From the IMG/VR virus record IMGVR_UViG_3300044492_000085, positions 1-48,016 of that record: DNA of 48,016 nt; one strand, 5' to 3'. Below, piece by piece: positions 25,456-32,631 of this stretch. Each line of letters begins with the position of its first letter. Within the stretch, counting starts at the first letter, position 1. The translations under genes and the position numbers were made by a program. Source of the stretch: a virus. Under the pieces are notes generated by a model. The model ran no database searches and was not told the origin of the DNA. It saw nothing but the letters and a program-made list of their open reading frames with translations.

Positions 25456-25743
25456 ATGGCTGTCAAATTATCTGTGAGAGAGAATAAAATCGAACGCGAA
25501 CTGCGTGAGCGGGTTGAGGCCGCCGGCGGCGAATGCGTGAAAGTCACCGTATTAGGCCGGCGGGGATTCTTCGATCGCTTGGTGACCCTGCCCGGCGGCC
25601 GCGTGGTGTTCGTCGAAGTGAAGCGGCCGAGGGGCGGCCGCACGGCGGCACACCAGATGTTGTGGCATGAGCGATTTAACGAGCTAGGGGTAGCGATTGC
25701 GATCGTGAAGAACTCAGCGGATATTGACGTGTTGCTGAAATGA
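25456..25743 (+). CDS. VRR-NUC domain nuclease
   Basis: 95 aa. GFFDRLVTLPGGRVVFVEVKRPRG fits the (P)D...ExK core of VRR-NUC. Confidence 0.7.
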   Translation: MAVKLSVRENKIERELRERVEAAGGECVKVTVLGRRGFFDRLVTLPGGRVVFVEVKRPRGGRTAAHQMLWHERFNELGVAIAIVKNSADIDVLLK

Positions 25744-25746
25744 AAT

Positions 25747-25775
25747 AGCCGGCAGGGGGTCAGACCCTGCCGGCT
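25747..25775 (+). terminator. Hairpin after the VRR-NUC gene
   Basis: Arms agccggcaggg (25747-25757) and ccctgccggct (25765-25775) with a 7-nt loop, followed by ttaagtg. Confidence 0.45.
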
Positions 25776-25834
25776 TAAGTGCAGTCCCACCCCATCCCTA
25801 GGATGACCAGTGCAACCCCAAAGGAGCTAAACCA

Positions 25835-26806
25835 GTGAGCAATCAATACCATCCCGGCCAGACGGCGCAAGCGATACCACTGCAGCCGAAGCCAGCGCAT
25901 GAATACCGTAAGATATGGCGCAAAATCCGCGACAATGGCTACGATGTCATACCCTTACGCGGCCGCGACGGGCCATTCCGCGGCTGGCCAAAACAACCCA
26001 ATGACGACGAGGCGATCGAGCGGTGGAGCGGCAAGACCGCCGGCATCCGCATGCTGGGATCGACCTGCTTTGTGATCGACCTGGACGTGCGCGACTTGGC
26101 GGTGCGCCAGGCCCTGCTAGGGGCGCTGGCGCGGCGCTGGCCGGACTTCATGGCCAGCTGCCTGCGGCGGACCTCCGGCGGCACGACCTTGGCTTTGATC
26201 GGCCAGGCGGCAACGGCGCGCAAGCGGCGCTGGACGGCGCGGTTTAAGTCCGAGGAGGATAAGCCGCACCTGGTCGAGTATTTCGCTGGCAACGATAAGC
26301 GGTACGTGGCGGTGCATGGCTATCACTCGCCGGGGCGGATCTACGGCTACCAGGGCCGCTCGATCACAGAGGCGCCGCTCGATTCGCTGCCGTGGTTTCC
26401 CGAGCAAGACATTCCGCTGATGATCGCCGAGTGCGAGCAGGTGATGATCAAGCTCGGGCTCGAGCAGATTAAAACCGAGCACGCGCATCTGCCGGGCGAT
26501 CGGGTGTATGATCTCAAACCAGATGACGTGATGGTGCTGTCAGATGGCGAACATATCAAATTGTCCGAGCTGGAGAAGCGCGCCGGTGTGACGCGGATCA
26601 AAGGCTACGCCAACATCTGGGACAAGGCATCCAAGACCCGCGATCGCGTGCTGGTCAATCACTCCGGCGGCGCCGGGCTGACACTGTGGGATACTAAGAC
26701 CGGCGTGTCGCATCGCTGGGAATCGCTGTCGCCGGCAGAGGATCGCGAACTGCAGCAGCAACTGTTCGAGGTGGCGCAGGACTTCAAGCAATCCTGGGAG
26801 GGATAA
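25835..26806 (+). CDS. Bifunctional primase-polymerase (AEP / prim-pol family)
   Basis: 323 aa with a GTG start after an AAGGAG RBS. GYDVIPLRGRDGPFRGWPKQPND...TAGIRMLGSTCFVIDLDV matches the prim-pol N-terminal pattern. Confidence 0.65.
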   Translation: MSNQYHPGQTAQAIPLQPKPAHEYRKIWRKIRDNGYDVIPLRGRDGPFRGWPKQPNDDEAIERWSGKTAGIRMLGSTCFVIDLDVRDLAVRQALLGALARRWPDFMASCLRRTSGGTTLALIGQAATARKRRWTARFKSEEDKPHLVEYFAGNDKRYVAVHGYHSPGRIYGYQGRSITEAPLDSLPWFPEQDIPLMIAECEQVMIKLGLEQIKTEHAHLPGDRVYDLKPDDVMVLSDGEHIKLSELEKRAGVTRIKGYANIWDKASKTRDRVLVNHSGGAGLTLWDTKTGVSHRWESLSPAEDRELQQQLFEVAQDFKQSWEG

Positions 26807-26809
26807 TCG

Positions 26810-28270
26810 ATGGCGACAATCTCTAAGCCGATGCCGATAAAGCCGAAAGACACCGATCCGCTCAAGGACAAGATCGAGTGGCTGGTGCGGACGCACGGCT
26901 TTGATGCGCGAGCCGATCGGGTGATCATGCTGTATGAGCCAAGTGCCTACTGCGGCCTGCGGCTCAAAGCGTTCGAGACCGAATACGCCGCCTGGTTCGA
27001 ACTGCAACCGCAGCAAACTGGCAAGCCGAAGAAGGTGCTGGCCACCTCGGCCTGGATGATGCATCCGCGGCGCGAGAGCATCGCCGGCGTGCGGATGCGG
27101 CCGGACAAGAACTTTCCGACCTACATCGAAGACGGCGAGGTGTTTAAGAACACCTACCGGAGGCCGATCCATGTCGACGATGGCACCGGCGAAGTGGATA
27201 CATTCCTAGAATTTCTGGAACGGTTCTTGCCGGATGCGATCGATCGCAATTTCTGGCTGGACTGGACCGCGCATAAGTGGCGGTACCCGGAAGTGCCTGG
27301 CACCTCGCCGTGGTATGTGGCCGACACGGAGGACGGGCCGCTGGGCGGCACATTCGGCACCGGCCGCGGCATGATGGCTAAGATCCACGCCAAGCTATTC
27401 GGTGAGGCTTACTGCAAGGATGAGGACTTCAATATCCTGACCGGCACCAGCTCGCAGGCGGTCTATACCGACTGGCAGGCCAATTGCGTGCTGGTCTCGG
27501 TTGATGAGGCGTCGACCTCGCCGACGGCACACCGTAAGGGCGAGAAGCGCAGCGTCTACACGGCGCTGAAGAGCTGCCTGGATCCGGCCGCCAAGCGGCG
27601 CAGCTTCAAGGTCAAGGGGCTGCCGGCGTATGACGGCGTGTCGTTCTGCTCGATCACGGTGGCGACCAACCACGCCAACGCTACGGCTATTCCGGCCAAT
27701 GACCGGCGCATCTCGGTGCTGCGCAATGGCCGGCCGATGACGCCGGACGAGCGCATGGCGATCGTCAATTGGATGGACAAGCCGGCCAACATCGCGGCGC
27801 TGGCGGCCTATCTGGAAACCAGCGACCTGTCGAAGTTCGACATGTATGTGCCGCTGAAAACCGCCGCCAAGGATGAGATGGCGGACCTGTCGCTGAACGA
27901 GGTCGAGCACACGCTGGTCGACTTCGCCAGTGATGACGACCGCGGCCTGGTGTTCCCGCGGCTGTTTCTCGAGCGCGAGATCGAGGCGCAGATGAATGGC
28001 GACGGCGAGCGGATCGGCCGGCGCGACACAGCCTGGCAGGGGATGCTGGCCGGCGCCTTCGACGAGCACTGTGCCAAGGTCAAGGTGCCGAGCGGCGATC
28101 GGGCGCGGATCATGGTCGGCAAGCGGCGCTACACCTTGTTCTGCTTCCGCAGCCGGGCCGCGGCTGCGGCGCTGTTGAACGAGACCGAGCGGCGCGAGCA
28201 TGCCGCCAAGTGGGGCAGTATTGACGACATCCAGACTGTGCTGCGGGCGGTGAAAAAGGACGCGGAGTAG
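26810..28270 (+). CDS. SF3 / D5-like primase-associated helicase (DUF5906 / VirE-like)
   Basis: 486 aa directly after the prim-pol gene. P-loop-like GGTFGTGRGMM and Walker B-like CVLVSVDEA. The P-loop has Arg where Lys is expected. Confidence 0.55.
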   Translation: MATISKPMPIKPKDTDPLKDKIEWLVRTHGFDARADRVIMLYEPSAYCGLRLKAFETEYAAWFELQPQQTGKPKKVLATSAWMMHPRRESIAGVRMRPDKNFPTYIEDGEVFKNTYRRPIHVDDGTGEVDTFLEFLERFLPDAIDRNFWLDWTAHKWRYPEVPGTSPWYVADTEDGPLGGTFGTGRGMMAKIHAKLFGEAYCKDEDFNILTGTSSQAVYTDWQANCVLVSVDEASTSPTAHRKGEKRSVYTALKSCLDPAAKRRSFKVKGLPAYDGVSFCSITVATNHANATAIPANDRRISVLRNGRPMTPDERMAIVNWMDKPANIAALAAYLETSDLSKFDMYVPLKTAAKDEMADLSLNEVEHTLVDFASDDDRGLVFPRLFLEREIEAQMNGDGERIGRRDTAWQGMLAGAFDEHCAKVKVPSGDRARIMVGKRRYTLFCFRSRAAAAALLNETERREHAAKWGSIDDIQTVLRAVKKDAE

Positions 28271-28550
28271 TGGCCTAGGCATTTTTCGGGTGGCTGGGCC
28301 ACAACAACAGAAGTTGATGTATCAACCAGTACACATCAATTTTTGTGATAAAAAAGTTCCATCGTGCGGCGCAAGCTGGGCCAGGGCCACATGTTTAGGC
28401 CATAGTCTAGGCCACAGGTAACTATCTGATTTTCAACAAGTTAACGCTCATGTGGCCTAGGTGGCCTAGAATATATAGAGAGAGAGATAATTCTATATGT
28501 ATTTTATATATACTACTACCCGACATGTGTTGGGCCATAGGGCCATAGAG
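28270..28550. other. Candidate replication origin: iterons flanking an AT-rich unwinding element
   Basis: GTGGCCTAG occurs at 28270, 28452 and 28461, and inverted at 28407-28415. TAGGCCAT is at 28396, tandem GGCCATAG at 28533 and 28541, GGGCCAC at 28296 and 28384. An AT-rich tract spans 28470-28519. The dyad GTTGATGTATCAAC is at 28313-28326. The region is non-coding and lies just downstream of the primase and helicase genes. Confidence 0.55.
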
Positions 28551-28637
28551 TATGCGCGGCCGGGTTTGTGCCGGCCTTGTGCATATCCGGCCGGCGTGCT
28601 CGAGTTGTCATAGGTTCGCGTTTTCGAGGTGTCCGCC

Positions 28638-29021
28638 ATGCTCAGTGCCGAAGCTATAGCCAAGGCTAAGTTGACTACGCCTTATGCGGATCATGTGCAG
28701 GTACTGCACCAGCATGATGATTGTGTGCGGATTGCCTATCAGTGGCTGGACGCGCAAGTGAAGACCCGGCGGGTGGTGCAACGGTCGCGGCCGATCAAGC
28801 ATATTATTGAGAGTTGGGCGGGGCGCTACGTTTCGCAGAACGATGTTGAGGTGGCGGCGCATATGCACCCCAGGATCCTGGGGCGTTATCCGCGGTTCAA
28901 TATCAGTGCGCGATTGCTCGAACCCAATCTGCGGCGGCTTATTGGGATTGCCGAGGCCGGCCAGCATCCCGGCTACCGGGACCGCTACGCCAAGGTTTAT
29001 GAGAACCGCACAGAGCCATGA
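28638..29021 (+). CDS. Hypothetical protein
   Basis: 127 aa from the ATG at 28638 (GAGG upstream; alternative GTG at 28629). No recognisable domain. Confidence 0.5.
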   Translation: MLSAEAIAKAKLTTPYADHVQVLHQHDDCVRIAYQWLDAQVKTRRVVQRSRPIKHIIESWAGRYVSQNDVEVAAHMHPRILGRYPRFNISARLLEPNLRRLIGIAEAGQHPGYRDRYAKVYENRTEP

Positions 29022-29041
29022 GGCGCTGTGCGGGTTGGGTG

Positions 29042-29158
29042 TCAGCGCGTGCTTGCTAGCGCGATCAGGACTACCACTGCGGCTGCGGATAGCCCGGCCT
29101 CGATGCCGGTTAAGCTCTCGTAGTTGACTACGCCGAGGATGATGCCGAGCAGGCTCAT
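29042..29158 (-). CDS. Small hydrophobic peptide (38 aa; below the track cutoff)
   Basis: My translation is MSLLGIILGVVNYESLTGIEAGLSAAAVVVLIALASTR. Its ATG overlaps the stop of the upstream HTH gene (ATGA at 29155-29158). Confidence 0.35.
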   Translation of the reverse strand: MSLLGIILGVVNYESLTGIEAGLSAAAVVVLIALASTR

Positions 29159-29538
29159 GGCTGGTGCTCCGGCGGGATCCCGTGCCGCTCGTACATGTCC
29201 ATCAGGCGGGCGATCACGGGTGGCACTGCGGCCTGGCCGCTGGCCATCCGATAGATGGTGCTCCGGCCAATACCCAATAGCTGGTTGGCGGTGTTGACGT
29301 TGTGGCCGAGCGCGGTGATCCCGGCCAGGAACCTATCCTTGGACATGGCGGGCTTAGCCCGCCGGCCGAGTTTACCCCCTGGCCTACTGGCGGATTTTTC
29401 CGCCAGCGGTTGCGGCCGCGGCTTTTGTTCGTGCCGGCCGGATAACAGCCGGTGGATTTTGCTGGCCTCGTCCGCAGTGGCATCGGTTTTGCTAATTTCA
29501 CGGTCCACTGCCGATTTACAATATTTAGCCATCACCAT
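29155..29538 (-). CDS. HTH DNA-binding protein
   Basis: About 127 aa (start at 29538 or 29532). The C-terminus NTANQLLGIGRSTIYRMASGQ is a clear helix-turn-helix. The long N-terminal extension of the track ORF overlaps the upstream gene and was trimmed. Confidence 0.55.
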   Translation of the reverse strand: MVMAKYCKSAVDREISKTDATADEASKIHRLLSGRHEQKPRPQPLAEKSASRPGGKLGRRAKPAMSKDRFLAGITALGHNVNTANQLLGIGRSTIYRMASGQAAVPPVIARLMDMYERHGIPPEHQP

Positions 29539-29831
29539 ACTCCGAGCCGTTCGAGGGCTTCGCGATCGCGCTGGGCGAGCACCTGGTACTCCCGCGGCAG
29601 GGTTTCGAAGTGGGCGCGCACTTCCTCGAGTATGGCGCGCTGTTCCGCGGTCATGAACAGCACGGCGCCGATCGATACCTGATACGGGTTGCATACCAGC
29701 ATGGCGCCCTGCCAGGCCGCGGCTGCGAGCGTGTGCGATTTGGGACAACGGGCCAGTAACTGGCCGCGGTGACGCCCGCGGGAAGCGTAGGCGCCCGCGA
29801 GGGCGCCCTTTGCTGTGTCTGAGAGGCTCAT
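29532..29831 (-). CDS. Hypothetical early protein
   Basis: 99-aa ORF coupled by overlaps to its neighbours. No recognisable domain. Confidence 0.45.
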   Translation of the reverse strand: MSLSDTAKGALAGAYASRGRHRGQLLARCPKSHTLAAAAWQGAMLVCNPYQVSIGAVLFMTAEQRAILEEVRAHFETLPREYQVLAQRDREALERLGVW

Positions 29832-30187
29832 GATCGGTACACTTCGAAGCGGGTGGCCCAGTCCAGGTGCGCCATGAAGCGCGGCGCCTCGGCCAGTGCC
29901 GCGGATTGGGTTGCGAAAACATCCGGGTGACAGTCGGCCGGGACATCATCGGCATTGAAGTAGCGAATCATCCAGGGTTGCTCGCCTTCGATTAGGCGCC
30001 GCGTGTGCTCGTCCATATCGTCGGCTGGCATGGTGACCAGCTCGACGTCGAGGCTATCGGCCAGGGCCTGGTCCAAGGTGTACTTTGCCGCGGCGGGGTC
30101 ATTGTCGCCCCACATTAGGAAATCGCAGCCTTGGGTTGCCTTGTCGCGGACTATGTAGCGGATGGCCGGCGGTTGTTTCAGTTTCAT
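29828..30187 (-). CDS. Hypothetical early protein (acidic)
   Basis: 119-aa ORF with ATGA-type overlaps on both sides. Confidence 0.5.
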   Translation of the reverse strand: MKLKQPPAIRYIVRDKATQGCDFLMWGDNDPAAAKYTLDQALADSLDVELVTMPADDMDEHTRRLIEGEQPWMIRYFNADDVPADCHPDVFATQSAALAEAPRFMAHLDWATRFEVYRS

Positions 30188-30393
30188 GGTGCGGGCTTTC
30201 GTGTTGTTTGTTCCATTTCATTACGTAATGCGGCTCGCTCCGCGGGCGATCGATCTTCGGGCGCTCGCGCGGCTGCGTTTGCGATCATGTTCATCCAGGC
30301 TGGGCTTTTGCGTTTGGGCTGGCCTTTGTTATCAACCCAAATCAAAACGGTTTCGCCTTTGTTACCTACGGGGAATCGGCGTTGTTCAGGCAT
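30184..30393 (-). CDS. Hypothetical early protein
   Basis: 69 aa from the ATG at 30393 (AAAGGA RBS). The track start at 30408 lacks an RBS. Confidence 0.45.
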   Translation of the reverse strand: MPEQRRFPVGNKGETVLIWVDNKGQPKRKSPAWMNMIANAAARAPEDRSPAERAALRNEMEQTTRKPAP

Positions 30394-30418
30394 AGTCTGT
30401 CCTTTCATGTTTCAATTT

Positions 30419-30436
30419 TTGAAAATCCGAAAAAAT
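30419..30436 (-). promoter_or_regulatory. Conserved 18-nt motif, copy A (ATTTTTTCGGATTTTCAA on the - strand)
   Basis: Exact reverse complement of 42483-42500. Both copies read the same way relative to local transcription and lie in short intercistronic gaps. Confidence 0.5.
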
Positions 30437-30442
30437 CGCCAG

Positions 30443-30634
30443 TTACTTGGTCATGGGCTCGAGCACACAGCCCGGGTATTGTTTGGCTAGCTTTTTCTGT
30501 AGCTGTGGCCATGAGGTTTTGAACACCGCATAGGGTAACGGTAGGAAACCTGTGGCCGGCATTGCCCATGGATTCTCAGGCTCGAACGATGCCGCCCAAT
30601 GTGGGAAAGCTTGCGCGATTTTGATTGTTGTCAT
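30443..30634 (-). CDS. Hypothetical early protein
   Basis: 63-aa ORF with an ATGA overlap to the upstream gene. Confidence 0.4.
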   Translation of the reverse strand: MTTIKIAQAFPHWAASFEPENPWAMPATGFLPLPYAVFKTSWPQLQKKLAKQYPGCVLEPMTK

Positions 30635-31014
30635 TTGCCGGACTCCAGGTGATTACGGACCAGGAAATCGTGTGCGGCTTCGGCCGCGGTTGTGCCGTGT
30701 CCGGTATGAGCAAAGCCCTTGGCTTCAATGATCCACTGCACGTTACGGCTAGCCGTGACGTTAGTGGCAATGCGGGATTCTAGTGCGTCGATTACTGCAG
30801 GGACGCGTTTCATGACAGGTTCCTTTATGAAAAATTCGTGTGGTTTACCGTTTACTGTGGTGCCGTCCTGATGGGTTAATCCCCAATAGTTATTTGTTGG
30901 CGTGTAATGCACTAACCATTGGCCGATTGAGTCCTTGATGACGCGATAGCCATCATTGCTCCAACAAACGGTTTTGCCGCTTTCTACTGCCGCTTTGATT
31001 TGATCTAGAGTCAT
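30631..31014 (-). CDS. Hypothetical early protein
   Basis: 127-aa ORF (MTLDQIKAAVESGKTVCWSNDGYRV...). No recognisable domain. Confidence 0.5.
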   Translation of the reverse strand: MTLDQIKAAVESGKTVCWSNDGYRVIKDSIGQWLVHYTPTNNYWGLTHQDGTTVNGKPHEFFIKEPVMKRVPAVIDALESRIATNVTASRNVQWIIEAKGFAHTGHGTTAAEAAHDFLVRNHLESGK

Positions 31015-31031
31015 GTTCGATTCTTTCCTGT

Positions 31032-31682
31032 TTAGTGCTTGTGATAGGAGACGTTGCTAACATCTTGTGACCAGCACGCGCGGCATGTACCGCAATTGTT
31101 GTCTTGCTCGGGCGCCGGGCATACGTGACCGCGCGCGGTTTCGTGCTGATGCACTGTGGATGTAATCGGCCAGGCCTTGGTCGCGGCGCCATCCACCATT
31201 GTTGCGCTAACGCGAATTGTCAGATTCGCCGGAACCTTGCCGCCGCTTTTGATATAGCGTGACAGGATTCCAATCTCGCGTGTGGGAAGCCAGTGTGACA
31301 ATTCTGGAGTCTGTGCTGCTACTTCACAGATGCGGGCCAGATGAGTCTCTGATTGCAAGTCGCCACTATCATGCCAGCGATGATGGGCCGACAATGGCAA
31401 ACCTACTTTGCGCGGCTTGTGTGCTGCTTTGAGCAGTACCACCATGGCGTCGACCCATTGTTCATGGGTAATGCCGGTGATGCGCTTTTCGTGTGCCATC
31501 TTTACGGATGGATAGATGTAATTGCCTTTAAGCGCGTAGCATCCGTGGCAAGTGCTACCCTCGACCAGATTCAATTTGGCGCCGGTGATACAAGCTTTGG
31601 CGCTAATGCCGTAGCTTGTGCCGGGCATTTTGCTTGGGTAGCCTAATGGTCCGGCGATCGCGATCGCGTCTTTAATCAGCAT
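31032..31682 (-). CDS. Cys-rich GP88-like protein
   Basis: SKMPGTSYGISAKACITGAKLNLVEGSTCHGCYALKGNY and RWHDSGDL resemble the phage GP88 family pattern as I remember it. I prefer the ATG at 31682 (AGGAAA RBS). The longer start at 31718 abuts a -10-like hexamer. Confidence 0.4.
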   Translation of the reverse strand: MLIKDAIAIAGPLGYPSKMPGTSYGISAKACITGAKLNLVEGSTCHGCYALKGNYIYPSVKMAHEKRITGITHEQWVDAMVVLLKAAHKPRKVGLPLSAHHRWHDSGDLQSETHLARICEVAAQTPELSHWLPTREIGILSRYIKSGGKVPANLTIRVSATMVDGAATKAWPITSTVHQHETARGHVCPAPEQDNNCGTCRACWSQDVSNVSYHKH

Positions 31683-31724
31683 GGTGGCGTTTCCTGTTAG
31701 GTTCGTTTCAGTGACCATTACCTA

Positions 31725-31738
31725 GTCCCGATCGGGAC
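31725..31738. promoter_or_regulatory. Perfect 14-bp palindrome GTCCCGATCGGGAC
   Basis: It occupies the spacer of a leftward TTGCAT-N17-TAGGTA promoter-like element (31742-31747 and 31719-24 on the complement). Confidence 0.4.
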
Positions 31739-31755
31739 ATAATGCAATAGGGAAT

Positions 31756-31770
31756 CTCAAAATAGTTGAG
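31756..31770. promoter_or_regulatory. Operator-like dyad O3 (CTCAAAATAGTTGAG)
   Basis: Perfect CTCAA-N5-TTGAG. The 16-nt stretch TCAACTATTTTGAGAT is identical (as reverse complement) to 15698-15713 in the other divergent region. Confidence 0.5.
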
Positions 31771-31825
31771 TTATTTTTGGATCACTGGCGATCGGCGTAA
31801 AAGCCAACAATATCAATAGGTTAGC

Positions 31826-32161
31826 ATGCAAAATGTGAAACGTAAGCCACAATGGGGCAATGCCGCATGGAAAGCGGCAATGGTGCGAGCACAGATAAAG
31901 CCCGCATATGCGAATCGTTTACGTTGTGTTGCGATTGCAAGGCATAGTGGGAAGCCCTGCGGTCAATTGGCCATGGCCGGCGTCCCATGTTGTCGCTGGC
32001 ATGGTGGGAATATGATGCAAGCGCAAAGGCGCAATTGGGAAGCGAAGCGCAATGCCAACGAAACCGCGGTTAATCGAGCAAGCCAACAAGCCAAGCGACG
32101 ATTCAAACAATCAAGCCACTCTAAGGACAATAGTCCGCGAAGCCCTGCTAAGCGTGCTTAA
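31826..32161 (+). CDS. HGG-motif Cys-rich protein (diverged HGGxSTG-like)
   Basis: 111 aa. RCVAIARHSGKPCGQLAMAGVPCCRWHGG fits the C..C..C..HGG pattern. The basic C-terminal tail overlaps the next ORF by 110 nt. Confidence 0.45.
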   Translation: MQNVKRKPQWGNAAWKAAMVRAQIKPAYANRLRCVAIARHSGKPCGQLAMAGVPCCRWHGGNMMQAQRRNWEAKRNANETAVNRASQQAKRRFKQSSHSKDNSPRSPAKRA

Positions 32162-32309
32162 AGACGAATCAGCTAGCGCGGCCGCGAAAGCATCAGCTGG
32201 CCGCACGTTGCTACAATTCTTTACTGATGACAGCGGCCAATCGCGGCGCCGCGGCGCGGACATGACCGCGGCCGAGCTCGATTCCGCGATCGCGGATTTG
32301 GAGCGATAG
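32052..32309 (+). CDS. Hypothetical protein (start uncertain)
   Basis: 85 aa from the ATG at 32052, in the +1 frame relative to the upstream gene. A GTG at 32154 would reduce the overlap to 8 nt. Confidence 0.35.
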   Translation: MPTKPRLIEQANKPSDDSNNQATLRTIVREALLSVLKDESASAAAKASAGRTLLQFFTDDSGQSRRRGADMTAAELDSAIADLER

Positions 32310-32554
32310 CATCCCACTAGCATCCCGCGACGCTGGCGATAAAACCAAACATCAATAGAATCAATACGTTAGCTGGCCCATACCATCTGTTTACTAGATA
32401 GATGGTAGGCCCATGACAGCGTGACACATACGACAACGCGGCGCGGCGACAACGTGTCATAGGTGACGGCATGTCGTACCGCCCCCCGGCGGGGCCGGAT
32501 CGAGCGGGCGCCGGCAGCCGCAATGCTGCGTGGCAAATTTTTCGTGGTCTGAAG

Positions 32555-32631
32555 CGTCCGCTTCTTTAATCGTCATTAGAAGCGGACGGGGTATTTTCTA
32601 CTTCTGTTCTTGCTTCGGAAAATACCCCGTC
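32555..32631. other. Two abutting perfect hairpins (11-bp and 14-bp stems)
   Basis: H1 arms are cgtccgcttct (32555-32565) and agaagcggacg (32578-32588). H2 arms are gacggggtattttc (32585-32598) and gaaaataccccgtc (32618-32631). The arms share GACG. The H1 loop holds the stop codon of the - strand gene. Confidence 0.6.

Noticed and set aside
24141-25790. N-terminal extensions of track ORFs: 24141-25790, 29155-29955, 32566-33528, 19403-20215, 16806-17552, 37137-39212, 34300-35007 and 39170-40525.
   Set aside because: The extensions overlap neighbouring genes or run antisense to them and translate to junk-like sequence. Internal ATGs with an RBS or ATGA coupling give compact, sensible genes, so I trimmed the starts.
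28270-28550. The repeat cluster considered as a CRISPR array.
   Set aside because: The repeats are only 8-9 nt long, irregularly spaced, partly inverted and partly tandem without spacers. That pattern fits iterons, not CRISPR.
32310-32565. The non-coding-looking gap examined for a tRNA or other small RNA, and the 68-aa - strand ORF 32317-32523 (C-terminal TM-like segment).
   Set aside because: I found no cloverleaf or T-loop consensus. The ORF has no convincing RBS and an Arg/Pro-rich N-terminus, so it is left uncalled, though a shorter membrane peptide starting at an internal Met cannot be excluded. An 8-bp stem (32381-32388 with 32400-32407) was judged too weak to report.
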